IMG/VR virus record: IMGVR_UViG_3300012983_000040
Location: 22,315-86,314 of that record
Direction: 5' to 3' (one strand)
DNA length: 64,000 nt
DNA from: a virus
Taxonomy: Duplodnaviria > Caudoviricetes
Part shown: positions 1 to 14,700 of the stretch, piece after piece
How positions within the stretch are numbered: position 1 is the stretch's first letter
Layout: every line of letters starts with the position of its first letter
The notes under the pieces: model-generated
The model's database searches: none
Told to the model about the DNA's origin: nothing
What the model saw: the letters and a program-made list of their open reading frames with translations, nothing else
Position numbers and translations under genes: made by a program

Positions 1-3000
1 AGTATTATTCCAGTACTAATTCTTTACTGCATTTATAATTTCCGTAGGATTTCGAGTGTAGTTTCCATTCGCGTCTTTTAAAGAATCGTAAGTTGAACCT
101 ACTGGTTGAATTAGACCTGTTCTATTGTTTAATCCTAATGCAAGAGCATCGTTTACCATTGAAGATAATGTTACAATGATTCCTTCAGAAAATGAACCTT
201 CCCACTAGTAAAAAGGAACTAATATAGATTTATTAATTAACTCTTCTTTAGTCACTGGTGGCTAATCAAATAATATGTTTCCATTATTATCTACCTAATA
301 GTAATAATAATTTCGCACCTCTTCCCCATCTTTAATAATAGGTTTACCCTATTCATCTAAAGCTATCTCACTATAATGAGTAAACCATCCTCTGTCCTTT
401 ACAGAACTTATGGCAAACCACTAGTTTTTCTTACCTGACCAATATGTATTCATCTGCCAGAATAAAGCACCTAAAAGACTAGCTTGCATCAAAGCTCGCT
501 TTTCGTGTGAATAGTAGCCATAAAGTTTATCTGCCATTGACTTATATGATCTAGCTTGTTTATTAGTATAAGCTTGGGGTAATGGTTTGTATACGCCTTT
601 CTTCGGTGGTTCTAGTTTAAATTTAGTTCCGTCTGGATATATAGCACCTTCAATTTCAAATTGTTTAGCCATAGCTCTGTATAAAGCTTCTTGTTCTCTA
701 TACTTTGGGTTATTAACATCTCCTTTTACTAGAGTACTAAATCTTGGATCTCGATTAAAATCATAAATTAATTCTCCATCTTCATTTAAATAATGGGCTT
801 CATAAGTGCCATCGTGTCTCATATATGACTCGAAAATAGTCATTCTGTTATAAAAGTCTGGTCTAGATGCAAATCTGAATATAAAACTATTAGTATTTCT
901 AAAAATGTTATGTGAATTTTGAAGGTGTTCTGCATATACATTAATGTCCATATCATTGATTCTATATAGCTAGTTTAATCTTTCTAACTTTGTAGGTCTA
1001 TAATCAAACTTTGTCATTTCTTTATATACATCTACAAATGAAGCAACCATTTCAGTAAGAGTGAATCCAAATCTTCCATCTTCGTTTCTCCATATTATTC
1101 CAATATCCTTATAAATACCTTCAAGTAACTGATAAATTTGTTTTGGGTTAAATCCAAGAGTAACTACAGATGCTAAGTGCATAATTTTCTAAGCATACTC
1201 ATATATCTGCAAATCTTTATCATCCATAACTTTTCTACCTAACATAAGAAGAACATTATCTTTTAAGTATTCTAGTTCTGCCTCTCTTTTTATATTTTGA
1301 GAAAACTCCTAAAATATTAAATCAGCGTGTGCTGCTTTAATTAGAGTAAACGCTTTTTCTGATTCTTCTTTCATTTTATACGCAAATAGATGCTTTAAGA
1401 AAACTGATTGTAAGTCATGATCATATAAACTTAAATCTTTTAGTAGTTCTGCTCGTTGTCTCGGGTCTTCTCCCTAGTCAAATCTAGTCCTCATTACATA
1501 TAAGTCGTCTCGTAACTATTTTCCTTCTGGAGTTAAGAGATGCCCCATTTCTTTTTTTATTCTATCTTTAACTACATTCCATTTCCAAGATAAAAAGTAA
1601 TCCTTAGCTGCCGCTAATAAACCTTCTGTCTCCAATTTTCCTGCTGTTCCTTTATATGATAGTGGTACTCTAAGCCAGGCCAAATTTCCTTTTTCCAGCT
1701 CTTGTACCATTCTAGCTTCAAAGGCGATATCAGTTTCTCCTCTTTTTTTAAATCTATTAGAATTAATTGTTTTAATTACATACTTTAAGAATTTTCTTTC
1801 AGTAGCTGACAATCTGGTGTTATTAGCATATGGATTTACAAATACCCAATCTTCATCAGGCTTCCTAGTTTTATAATTAGTCATGTTTTCGTAAATTCTT
1901 ACTGAGTTTTGGAAAGTAGAATCCCCTAAATATGAAATTTTATTTTCTTTTTTAAGTTCAATTACCATTTTCTGTACTAATGCATGTGGTTTTTGCATAC
2001 TATCCGTAACTCTTTTATAGCAGTTGTCAATAAATTCTGTAATTTTATTTAAATTTTTGCTGGCCGTAGTACCAGGGTTATCAGTTTTAAGTCCTGAGTG
2101 TCCTTTAAGTAGTATATTGTTAGAATCTCTCCAGTTATCATATGCTTCAATTTGTTGTTCAAAATCATATCCTAATTCTTCAGCATATGCCCTATGTAAC
2201 ATTTGATACTACATATCTATTTCATCATCTGTTACATCAAAATCTAATCTTTGTAATTCTTTACCAGCGATTCCTTCTCTTATTGATTCCATTGACTTAA
2301 TTGCTTCATATAAAACTTCTGCCATAGAACCAAGTGGTTTTCCTTGATCATTTCCAACAATGTCAATTTCATTATTTTTATTTAAAAATAAGTTTTCTAT
2401 AGGAGTAAGACATTTATTTACTATTAGGTTATTTACTTTAAGATTTCTACCTTGTCTATCGTTTTCGACTATTTTTGTTCCAGTTCTTAATGTATCCAAA
2501 GCCTACTCTGCCATTGTGCAAAATTTTATGTCTCCTTTATGTCCACTATAGTTAATTCTATTAGGTCCAAACTCTTTATCAATATTTTTATACTTATTTA
2601 AAATTTTAAAAGAGTTTAATAACTATTTATTAGAAGCTGTAAGCCCACTATTTAAAAATGGATTAATTACCTTTATACTATGTATTTTTGATCCTTTAAA
2701 AATTTCAGTAGGAACAAAATTTAAAGCTAAAAGTGTTTCTATCATTGCCACATTACCGTGAACTGCATTTAGTAATGTTGCCTCTCCAGCTTTATCTACA
2801 ATATCGTTTATTCCTAATGCTTGTGTAATTAATTTATTTACATTTCTTCTATCTACTTGTCCATCAGTTCGTTCATGTGTAAATTTAATTACTTCAATAT
2901 TTTTTGTATATTTATTTTTTAGTAAAACAATACCCATTGCTTCTAGTACAGCAGGAATTTCTCCACTGTCTCCATATCCAATGACTTCATATTGTCCATT

Positions 3001-4623
3001 TCTAGTATACTTCCTAATAACTTTATCGTACCATTGAGCATCGCCATCTTGATGTTCTAATCTATTTGATGTATTAATAGTTAATTCTGTTTGATTATGA
3101 ACAGCTTCTTTAAAATTCTTTGCAGATGTTCCAACTCGACGTTCACATTGAGATAAGTATGCTTGTATTTTTGAAATAAGATCTAATTTAGATTTACCAT
3201 AAATAGTTTTTTCCCTTACCTTATAAGAAAATCTTTGTTCTATATCTTCTGCATCTGGATTTTCTTTATATTTATGATTTGGGTCCTCTATAAATTCTTG
3301 TATGTCTTTAATGGACCAGCTAATTTCTTTAGACTTATATGCAGTAAACCACCCTAAAAGAGTGTTCTTTATTTTTTTTAGTATATCCTAGTCATCTAAC
3401 TAGGCAATAGCTACATCGACAAATATAGTATCGATATTATCCTAAATGTGATTATACGACACTTCATTCTTAGTTAAATCATCGATTAGGGGTTTATTAG
3501 TTTCAATGTTTTTAAAATTCCAATTTCCGTCTGTTCGTGTATATCCTACTAACTATATTGGAGCAACAAGTACACTAATATTTCTAAAAGTAGGATTTAT
3601 TTTTCTTAGCATACGTGCATAGGTTGCTAATTGATATGTAAAAGCTCGTTTTTTAGCAGAACTATATTCATCTGGTGCTAAATCTTCTACTGCTACATCA
3701 CTTTCGGCTTCTCGCCAATAATCTGCAGGTGATACTTTATAATCTATAATAAAAGCATCGCCCTCTGGTGGTACAACTAATAAATCAATCATACCTGAGA
3801 GATTAACATTTTCATTTTTTGATGGATCGTGGGCAGTAGTTCTTAAAGATAATTCTGGAAAATATAAAAAGTGTCCAGTACCTTTAGGATCGTAAGTAGA
3901 TTCTATTGTAACTTTTAATTTTTTACAATAATCTATTACTTGTTTCATCTATTTTTCAGAAAGTAGAGCTTTAGTTTCTGGTAAGGCACGTTTTTTAAAA
4001 ATATTTAGTATATGATTTGAATCTAAATCTCCAAATATTGAAAAATTATTATCTTTAAAAGATTGCCTACTAAAGAATATTTCACAGAGATTATGAATTG
4101 CAGTACCTACTTTAGCTTCGTGTTCCCATTTTTCTTTTTCTATTTTAATCAATCTGTCAATTAATTCTTGGGCCATTATTGACGGAGTATTTCCATCTTT
4201 AAATTCAGGTTCTTCTGCAAAATCAGCTAATTCTTTTTCTGTAAATCTTTTTCCTGTAGAATTTCTCCAAGATTCTATTCTTGTATTAAAATAATTTTCT
4301 TCTATAAATTCTGGAAATATTAATTTTCCTTCTATTCTCAAGCCTGATAGAAATTTTGTTACCTAGGTACGTGTTTTATCAATTATTTCAGTACTCTAGG
4401 ACTATTTATTATATGATCTGACACTGTTATAATTTTTATAATCTTTACTTTTTCTAACTATAGGTTCAAGCTAATCAATAGTATTTAATTGAGATAGGGT
4501 ATGTTCTTGGAATACTGTATCTCCATACTTATCTAGTAACTTATCTCCACCTGATAGTAAAAAATCGTCTAGTTCTATCTCAGAATTAAACAATATATTT
4601 TTATAATAATGTTTACAATTCAT
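1..4623 (-). CDS. Giant virion cargo protein (runs off the left edge, >1540 aa, TAG=Gln) containing a PD-(D/E)XK RecB/Cas4-like nuclease domain
   Basis: ATG at 4623 (MNCKHYYK...). Fragments 421-951, 970-1182, 1516-2202, 2209-2499, 2623-2937, 3553-3948 and 3949-4341 are all in one frame; the fragment stops I checked are TAG and the frame stays open from 421 to the window edge. Motifs KVGTAIHNLCE, SGMIDLLV, IIDYK and YQLATY. Confidence 0.85.
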
Positions 4624-4624
4624 A

Positions 4625-5701
4625 TTAACATATTTCTTTTAATTTTCCTGATTTTAATAAGTCAGATTTATAATTATTTAGTAATCTGTGAATAAATGAG
4701 TTGCTCATTGTTCCTGTCATACTATTAAATATTTCTCTAGAATTTACTAATTTAGCAACTTTTTCAAGAGTTGATTTATAAAGTATATTACTGTCAATAA
4801 TTTTATTACTAAAGTCTCCATTTAATATACTATCTAGTAGTCTTCTAATATTATAATCAAGTTCATATTTTTGAGCATTAGACATTTTGGAGAAAGAAGA
4901 TTCTCTTCCTGCAAAGAATTTTCCTAATTCTTCAACTAAAACTTCTTCAGCTCTATCCATTTCAGTTCTATGTCTGAATTGGTTCATTTTGTATCTAATA
5001 TTTTCATCTTGAAGAACAATATTAAGTAAATCCTAATATAACTTTGGGTTTTCAAATCTAATGCCTCCCATAAAAAGATGCATAAGTTCATGAATTTTAG
5101 TGTCAGGAGTTGCATTATCAGTATTAATATATATTTCTCCATTCCTAATAAAACCTCTTAGTGTGGCTGCTCCAGGAAAATCGGGTAAAGTTGCTATATC
5201 TTTAGTAGTAACCTCATTAATTTTTATTCCATGCATCTCCTATGCTCGAGTTAATAAGTTACTAACTGCTCTATGTGCAATTGGCATATCCGAGACGGGA
5301 TCTATTTCTTTTGGAGTTATAGATGGACGTTTCTAGGCATTTATTAATACTTCATCGTCTATAATATTAATTTCAAAATTGTAATCTTTATGCAGTTTAT
5401 TTAATTCTTGAGCAATTTCTACTTCAGTTTCCTTTCCAGTATATTTTTTAACTAGCTCTAAAGAAGTATAGTAATTATCTCCTATAGGGTTTAATTTTAA
5501 TCTATTTTTTAGCTATGTAAATGAGTCCACCCCTATATTAGGGGGGAACTCATCTACATTAGGCAATCTATTAAAATCGTGTAGCCATTTGTCAACGATT
5601 GAGTAAAATAATTCTTCCTACTCTTTAGTATATGAGTCTGGAAGTATCTGTTGTTTTAACTCTTTAACCTAATTAATGTCTGTAATATCACAAAAATACA
5701 T
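4625..5701 (-). CDS. Zincin-like metallopeptidase (HEXXH), 358 aa, TAG=Gln
   Basis: ATG at 5701 (MYFCDITD...), TAA at 4625; fragments 5033-5236 and 4625-4987 are in frame. Motif RNGEIYIN...DTKIHELMHLF (5078-5092) with downstream AEEVLVEE. Confidence 0.85.
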
Positions 5702-5702
5702 A

Positions 5703-8700
5703 TTATATACAATTTTCTCTTATCATAGTAGAAGCCTTAGCCACAATAGCTAAAGGATTTACTTTAAAAATAAAACCTCCATTTTTATCTATTCCAACTT
5801 TTAATATCTTTTTTAATTCTTTTTCTGAAATAGTTAGTTCCTTATTATACACTTTATTGTTGAACGAATTTAATTTAATAGTAACTTCAGTTTTATTATT
5901 ATTTTTTATTAATTTAGCTGAAGCTACTCCATTTCCAAATCTTATTGAAGAGTATTTATCAAAATTAACTTCCGTGTCCATTTCTGGTGTATCATAATTG
6001 GATGTCCATACATTATCTACTAAGAAATAGTCATACTATCCCATATACCCATATGCCATTCTAGAACCTTCAAATTCATCTATTTCTTCATTATCAACTT
6101 TTTCAGTTTTATTTAATTTGTATATATCATATCGTAATGTCTATCTATTAAATCTATAATAATAAGGAATGTTTTTACTAGAAGCATTGGCGGCATTTAG
6201 TTCTGTATCGTGAGGAGCTAAAGCTATTTCCAACATTTCTGTAGTATAATCTACTCCTTGCTAGAAGTCATAATTAGTATCCATATGTCCAATAAAGTCA
6301 TAATAACGTTTAACCGCATTATCTTCATTAGTTTTAACAAATGGCTCAAACATAGGAGTCAAAGATTTACCTCCACTCTCGTTTCTAAAATTGATTAAAT
6401 TATAGTAAAATAGTAAATCTGCAATATTATATCCATTATCATCAGAAACTTTATAACGTTTTGTTCTTAAATCAAACAAGTCCATTTGATATTTAGAGAA
6501 AGCGTCCTATTCTACATCTGATTTTGGAATCATATCTATTGGAAGTGTATGTACAGTAATATTATTTCTATCTGCTGTTCTATTAGAATATGATTTAATT
6601 AAATCTCTTAAAAATGTATTTACGTTTGTCCCGTCAGCACCTAACACTCTAATTGTTTCTTTATTCTATTTTTGTGTGACACTAGGAGAGAATAATAGTC
6701 CTTGTTTAGATAATCGAGGTAGAACTTCTGTATTCATCCAGACCCTAAATGTTTCATTCCCTTCTCTTGTACCTAATTCAATATAAGTTGGTGTATCATA
6801 TACTTTATAATCCATTGGATTAATTGGTCCTTCACCATCAGGTTTACTAAATATTTTATTGTGGGCTGGAATTTCTATATAACTTACTTCTTCTCTTAAA
6901 AATGCATTAGTCATTAAACTGTTAATCCAAGTTTCTCCCTTTTTATAGAAAGTTTCTGCTTTTTTACCTGTTAATCGCAGTTTATTAGAAACAAAAGGTA
7001 GTATGACTTTTAACATCATTCTATCTTTTAGAGAATTTCCAGTTTGTGCAAATATAACATTTGCAGTCTATAAATACTAATTAAAGTGTGGGACATTTGT
7101 TGCTACCCATAGAGGATTAAATGACTATTTTATATAATCATCGTAGGCTTTAATAACTTTATTTCTATAACTAAGATCTTTAAAAAACTTCCAAAAATCT
7201 ATTAGAAGATCATCATTTTCTAATAATTCTGCGATAGTTTCTTTTGTTTCCTTAGATAAGTTCTTTCTTTGAGCTCCTTCTTTAATTATTCTAGTAAAGT
7301 TATTATAAAATCTATAGGCTTCTTCAGTCTTTGTTTTTTGTCCTTGATTTAGTCCTAAAAGCTCACGTAGTTTTCCCATTTCATGTTCACCTGCTTCTAG
7401 AGTTTTAAGATTTTCTAAATCCGCCCACATGTTTCCTCGTATTTTCTACTCTTGAGTTTCAGGGTCTAATTCATATCCAAATTCTTTTATATGTGAATCC
7501 GCTATTTCATGAATTGCGACAGCATATGATATTAGATTATCTATACTACGTTTTCTTGATATCTCATCGTAACTATACCCTCGATTTCGATAATTATTTT
7601 CTTTATATTTACGTTTATCTGCTGCCTTTACTCCTTCATTTAATTGAATTCTTCCTTTTAAAAGTTTAAGTCTCTATAAGTATTTATTGAATTCTCCAGT
7701 CTTTGTTACCTCTATTACTGTATCACGGACTCCATTCTTTCCTTTTAAAATAAAGAGAGAATCTAGTGATTTACCATCAAACTCAATTCCTTGTATACCT
7801 AATCCTAATTCATTAAACTAAGTATTCATTAATTTTAAAGCAGTAGTAGAAATATTAGTATTAGTTAAAGTCTTCCTATCTTTACTTAAAATATCAAGTA
7901 TTTTAGAAGCATATTTAGTAGAACCACCATCGGTAAATATGTTTGACTTCATCATTCTAGATAATACCTGTGCTGTTTGAGAAGTCATTATTTTGAAAAT
8001 ATCTTCAAATTCCATACCTATAGCAATACCATATAAATATAATCCAGCTAAATCTGAACCAGCATTTAAACGTTCTAATTTTAACTCTTTAGCATTATCT
8101 GTCGCTAGTGTCATAATTCCTGAATCGTTAGATCCTGCCCATTCTGTATGGTTTATTGACCGCTCATATAATGCATTAGCAATATCATTAGGAACTCCTT
8201 TAGATACTAGTTTATCTATTATTTCCTATTTAGTTCCTTCTCCAAGATAAATATCTGGTAAGGAATAATAGTGTTTATCAGTTCCATTTTTACTCTTGAT
8301 TACAACATCAAATAGTATATTACTTATGTTTGCATTATTCGCAATAGCATTATTAGTTGCCTAAGTAGTTGTGTGAAGAACTTTCATTCCAGCAGATGCG
8401 GCTATACCAATAACACCTTTTCCTGTATGGTTCTAGTTTAAAGCAGCTCCCATAATAGAACTATTTCCAGGTCTACTATCCTATGGTCTAGCACCTACAT
8501 TAGAATCTTCTCCTAACTATTTAGGTTTAGCAGCACTCTAATCTACTGTAGTTCCGGCAGCTATTGCGTTTGCAGGAGCTTCTGCAATTTCTATAGTTTT
8601 CCAAGCTACGAAATTTTTTGATATATTCGTTTTTTCTTCCTTATTTACAACATTAATATAATTATTGTGTTTATTAATGAATACTTGGAGAGCTAATACT

Positions 8701-11700
8701 AAGTCTTCATCTTTTAAAGTATTAGGATCATAATAAAGTTTTGCTGTCCTATCGTACTAATGTTTTGTAAAGTATTGCTATTGTGCTTTCTTTACATCCC
8801 TTAATAGGTTAGCTAGAAGTTCCTACTGTTCTCTAGTTCTGTGTGACTTTAATTTATATTTTAACTATTTCTTGGATACTTGATTCTAAGTATTATTAAT
8901 TTCAGAATCAGTAGTGCTAGATGTATCATTACTATTCGCTTCTATATCTTCTTCTGATGCATTAGAGGTATTCTATTTATTTAATTCAAATAATGATATA
9001 TACTTAGAGTAATCGATACTATTATAAGTTCCTGACTCTAAAACACTTTTACGCCCAGTTGGGTAAGGTAATAATCGTAACGATTCTTCTAATTTTGTCC
9101 AAGAGTTCATCTAAAAATAAGGACTCCATGCCGAGAACTCTCCAGCTTGATTAAATGCAAATCCCATAAATGTTGCTTTATCTACATCATAGTCAGAGCC
9201 CTATAGTCTAATCTATTCAGCACTTACATAACAGTCATTAACATCTGATTCTGTAAATCCAACAATTTCCATCGCCATAAAAGACTACATTCCCTATGCA
9301 GGAATACGTGCTACCGTAAATAACTATGAAAGGTTAAAGGCTGCTCTCATCTTTTTTGCACGATACTTGAGCTTATTATAAAAATCTGCATAATTTTTTT
9401 CAAATTCAGATTCTATTATTCCTCTATCTTTTCCCGGAGTTTTTAAATATTTTATAATAAGATTAACAAATTCTTCCTACTTTTTTATGTATTCATTAAA
9501 ACTTCCACATTTTTCGATTAAAGATTTTATTTTAGTGCATACATATTTATTGTCAATCTCATTCAATGCTTGCATAATAGTTTCTGAATTACTAGAATTA
9601 TTAAATTCTATATCAACATAATTTAGATTTGATAAATAGAAAGCTAAATTATCAGTAGAAATTATTTCTTGCTTTGTAATATTATCATAATATATAGAAT
9701 CTCTTGTACTTGATAGTGGGTATAATTTCTCCGTTGGTTTCCAATCATTCATTCTAAATGTACCATCATCATCAGTAAAAGTTTCAATTACTTGTTTATG
9801 TAATTTACTTGAATGACTTACTTCTGGAGATTCTGAGTATTTTAAATAAATATGTTTACCGTCAGCTCTTTTTAAACATATATCATATAATGTTTTATCT
9901 TTATCCTTCTGTCCTGGATTACTAGTTCCTATATAATTTTCTAATAATCTATTCAAGAAAAATTTACTATTAGTCATAATGTCCGATAAAGTATCTCCTT
10001 TTCTTATACCAAACTAAGTAGCATAAATTGGGGGTAATAAGGCTTCAAACTTTTTAACATCATAAGAATTTACTTTGAAATCTACAACGTTCATATTCTC
10101 ATCATAAATTTGTAGATTTTTGAATCCCTAAATAGCTAATAAGTCCTTTTGTAGAAGTCTTTCTTTCTATACTTTATCAAGAACTGGGATATCTGTTTTT
10201 AGATCTGCAACATACATCCACAATTCTTGTAATTCTTGTTTTACACCGTATTCTTTAAAAGTTTCCTCTAAAGCTCTTTGAGGGTTATATAAACTTCCCT
10301 CTCTCTGTTTAATTCTAGATAATGACAATAATAATTTCTACTATATATCTCCTAAGATATTATCCTAAACCACTTTGATGTCATATCTATTAGCTTTAAG
10401 AGGATTCTAATTTAGGCTGTTAATGCCATTTATGTGAATATTGTGACTTCCTAAATTTCTTCCATATAGATCTATTTTTTGTACAGATAATATGTTATCC
10501 TCAAAGTCATTAACGTCGGATATTCTTACGAGTTTGTTTTTAATTAATCCAGTCTCTTCTTCAATATATGTTACTTTAAAAAAGTTAAATTGATTATTAT
10601 CTGCAATGATTTGATCCTTGATGTTTTTTAATGATTCCTTCTACCTGGTAGTAGCCTCATATAAATCATTTGATACGGTGGTTCTATCATATACTTTACC
10701 CTCTTTGTAAATTATTTCATTTAACGAATAATTAAGTCCTGCCAATTTAAATTTCCATAGGTAATAGTAATCTGAATTTCTTAAATGAATTAACTATCCA
10801 TTAAGAGGGTGAATTTTAGTTGTATTAGTTAAACTATCTATTTCAGGTTCAATAACTATTTCATATGTTCGCCCAATTTCAGTTTGAGGAAGTTTTATTC
10901 CTTTAGGTAAATACTACTAAATTCGTTCTAATTCATTAAAAGTCTCTATTTCTGAGAGCTGTTTATTTCCGTACACTTTATACTGGTCGTGAGATGGATT
11001 TAATACAGCTAAAACTCCATATAATTTTGTGCGGATGGCTTTTTTATTAAGTGAAGAAGTAATAACAGTTCTTAACATACTATACGTAGATGGATCACTA
11101 AAAGCAAACACACCTTCAGTGTCTTTAAAGTTTAAGTGTTTACCCTACTTTGCTTCAGAGATTAAACGTTCAGCTATTGCTCTTGGTATATTTGCTCCTC
11201 TAGTTGCACTAGATGTATGAACTAGTTCGTCTATAATTAATTTAGATACAATTTCTTGTAATCCAGCTCTATCATTAGTTGAAAAAACCTTATTTAATTC
11301 GGTCATAGAATCTGCTATTGTCAAGCTTGTTAGTGCAGCTAATGCTTCATATACTTCTTGTGCTTTTTCTTGAGTATATCCACGTTCAGACAAAGCAGAA
11401 ATAACCTAGGTCATCATTGAAACAGTAGATTGGTCTGCCTCGTGAGTAGGATCTAATTGAATACCAGCATCATACATATCTGTTTTAAAGAAGTTAAGAT
11501 CTTTATCAGTAAAATAATCAGCTTTAGAATTAATATTTGCTGCATATTTTTTAATAGCACCTTCTGTAACTACATAATGAATTTCTGACTCTTTCATTGG
11601 TTGCCAATATAGATCAGCATTACGCATTACACGGTTATCTCCTTGATATGTAAATTTCTTTCCATGCTATTCTGCCTCATGATCATATAGTAGTTGTTGC

Positions 11701-14700
11701 AAAGTACCATTTACTCTTTTAAATCTAACTTTACATGCAGTATCAGCTACTATTTTTATAGAATTTTCAGAATATTCAAATTTTCCATCTTTATTTATAG
11801 TAACACTATTATATTTACCTAGAACTTTCCAAAAATCATAATTATTATTTATTTTGACCGTCTTTTTTTCTTCTACAAATCCGCCATCTTCTATTAACCA
11901 TCCATCTTCAGAATTTATGTTACGTATTCTTGTTTTGACTATATAAGTATTTTTAAGTCTTTCTTTAACTTCTGGAGCTACTTTTTCTGGAGAAAATACC
12001 TTTTCAAATGATACAATTTCTTTAACTACTTTTTTGCCTTTGTATGTATCATAATACATTGCTCCAGATATTTCTTTATCTACTCCAAACTACATTCTTG
12101 CTATTCCAAGAGGATTTGCTGGGAATTTATTGTTTGGTGACTAAGGAAATAAAGTTAAATTTACATCTAGTTCATTTCCATCTGGATCTGTCCATATGTG
12201 ATGAGACATTTTCCAATGAAGTCTTTCCTGGGCAAATGAGTTTCTCATTTTTGCGTTAGTTAAGGCAAAAGTAGCTGTTTTAATTAATTCTCCAGCAACA
12301 GTTCTTGGATCATATGCTCCTATAATAGGTTTTTTTGTTACTCCAGTAATTTGATTATTTAGACTATAGTTTTCCCAATGATGCTAAAATGCACTTACCC
12401 AAGTTGCTCCATCGTATGGTTTTACTGTTTGAATATCTCCCATAATACCAGAGCATTCTGCTATTACATCTTCTAAGACAGCTACATTTACCTTAGCTAA
12501 AGTTCCCCAAGTATCACCTAAAAGATACTATAATTTTGTTGCAGATGTAATTACATTTCTTTTATTATTATCAAACCATTTATAGCTTTCTTCTTGTAGA
12601 GTATTCGTACCTTTTTTTGCATCAGCCCATATATGGGAACCAACACTAGTAAAGGAAGATAAAGTGGACCAATAAAATGAATTTAAATTAAACTATTCAA
12701 ATATAGGATTTACCTTTATTCTAGCTTTTTTACCTTTATATTTAAGATTTAGTTGACTTAATTTAAAGTTATTTTTATAAAATTCTATTTTATTATTATT
12801 ATTATCAACTCCTTCTAATATTGCCAAGTCTGCGCGTGTAGATAACTATACTGGATTTAATATATATTCTTCCTTAAGTGATTCTTCGTCTATTCTAACT
12901 GGTATCTTTTCATAAGCAGTAACCCACTCACCATTATCGTTCTAAACCTCTACAATACCAAAAGCCATTCTATCCCAATTCTAAGTGAACCATATACTTG
13001 CAAAATCAGACACTAATTCTTTCTAGGCTTCAGGTCTTGTCATTCCGGTCTGTTCTAAGACAAGTAATTTCTGTTTGTACTCTGGAATATTATTAAATAT
13101 ACCATATACGCTGTGATATAGCTCTGTATGACCTTCTAGAGCATGTAAATCAATGACTACATCATTTTTTAGAAGATCTGAAATAAATTCTAAATTACTA
13201 TCTTTAATAAATTTCTTATATGAATCTTCTACAAAATTAGTTGTTACAGCAATGTTTCCATCTTTGTCAATAAATCTATTAATAAATGATTCATACGAAG
13301 AACCTAACTGTTCTTTTGTGTTCTATGCTCTTATAAGTCCGAATATAACTGAATTCCATTCTAAATTTTTATATTGCTCTTTAATCTGCTCTAAAAGAAC
13401 TTCATATTCTTTTGCAACTTTATATCCTAAATTAGTTATATCTTTACTTTTAATGGTCAATTTATCTATTCTCTCTTGATATTCTTCTGGAGATAATAAT
13501 GTAAATCGACTTAAAGCTTCTATAAATGAAAATCCTAATTCTAAATTGTGAGTTTTGCGATTAACATGATAATGTACGTTATTAGCAAAAGCAATTGGAT
13601 TATGCCTGTTTTGAGAATTATGTAAGAAGACTATTTCTCTAAATTTATCAAATGGGTCAATACCCTATTTATGACACCATTCATTAAATGAAGTAAAATT
13701 ATCTCTTATTGATAATGGTATATCCGTATTATACTTATTATCGTATGTTTTCTTAATAGTTTTGAAATCATTCTCTATATTAATAAAACAATTTCGATAA
13801 GTGTCTCCAAGAGTATATTTAATTTCTTTTTCTGCATCTTCTGCAGTTAAAATTTTAGCTAAATCAATTATTACTTTTGGAACATTTGGTTTATCCGAAG
13901 ATACTGATTCAGTAAATCTAGGATCCCATTTTCTTCCCATATATACAGGAAGTAAGAAATCCATAACAAAACTACTGTAAGCACTCTCCTTAAAGTTAAA
14001 GTCTTTATGTTGTTTTGAGTCATATCCATTAACTCCCTCTCTAGACATAGCGTATCCTTTAAATGCAGGCATAAATTCTCTAATCATAATATTTACAGGG
14101 TCCAAAGCATTTACGTAATTCGATATTCTAGAAAATTTTTCTGCAATAAGCATTGAAGATTGCCCAATAGTTAATGATGTATTTTCGGCAGTTCTAACTT
14201 GAGTTTTAAAGGCTTCACCTCGAACTAATGTTTGTGCTTCTACAAATTCCTCTAGCATATTACTTACTCCAGAAGAAATTAAATCTATGCCCTAGTAATT
14301 TCTACTTGTTCTTAAAGATTTCTAATCATCACCATACCAGTCTTTTATTGCTTCATCATAAGAAAATTCTGTTGGATTTCCGATTTCAAATCCCTTATTC
14401 AAATACTAATTTAACTATTGATGTGTTATATGATCAGCTCCTGCCAATCCTCGCATTCTTAAAGTATCTATATCTACTACTTCAATGTCCTTATTATCTT
14501 TTTTAATAGTTTTTGTGTATGGTTTATCGTTTTCTGTAGTATAGAATTTAAGTTCTCTAATTAAATTATTTTCTAGAATACGAACAGTATACATCTAATC
14601 ATTTTTTAGCGTGCCTGGTCTTTGAATAATTGAAGGATTTGCTTTCTTTTCTCTAAATAATTTAATATTTACCAGAATAGGTAAAGTAGAATTAATAACA

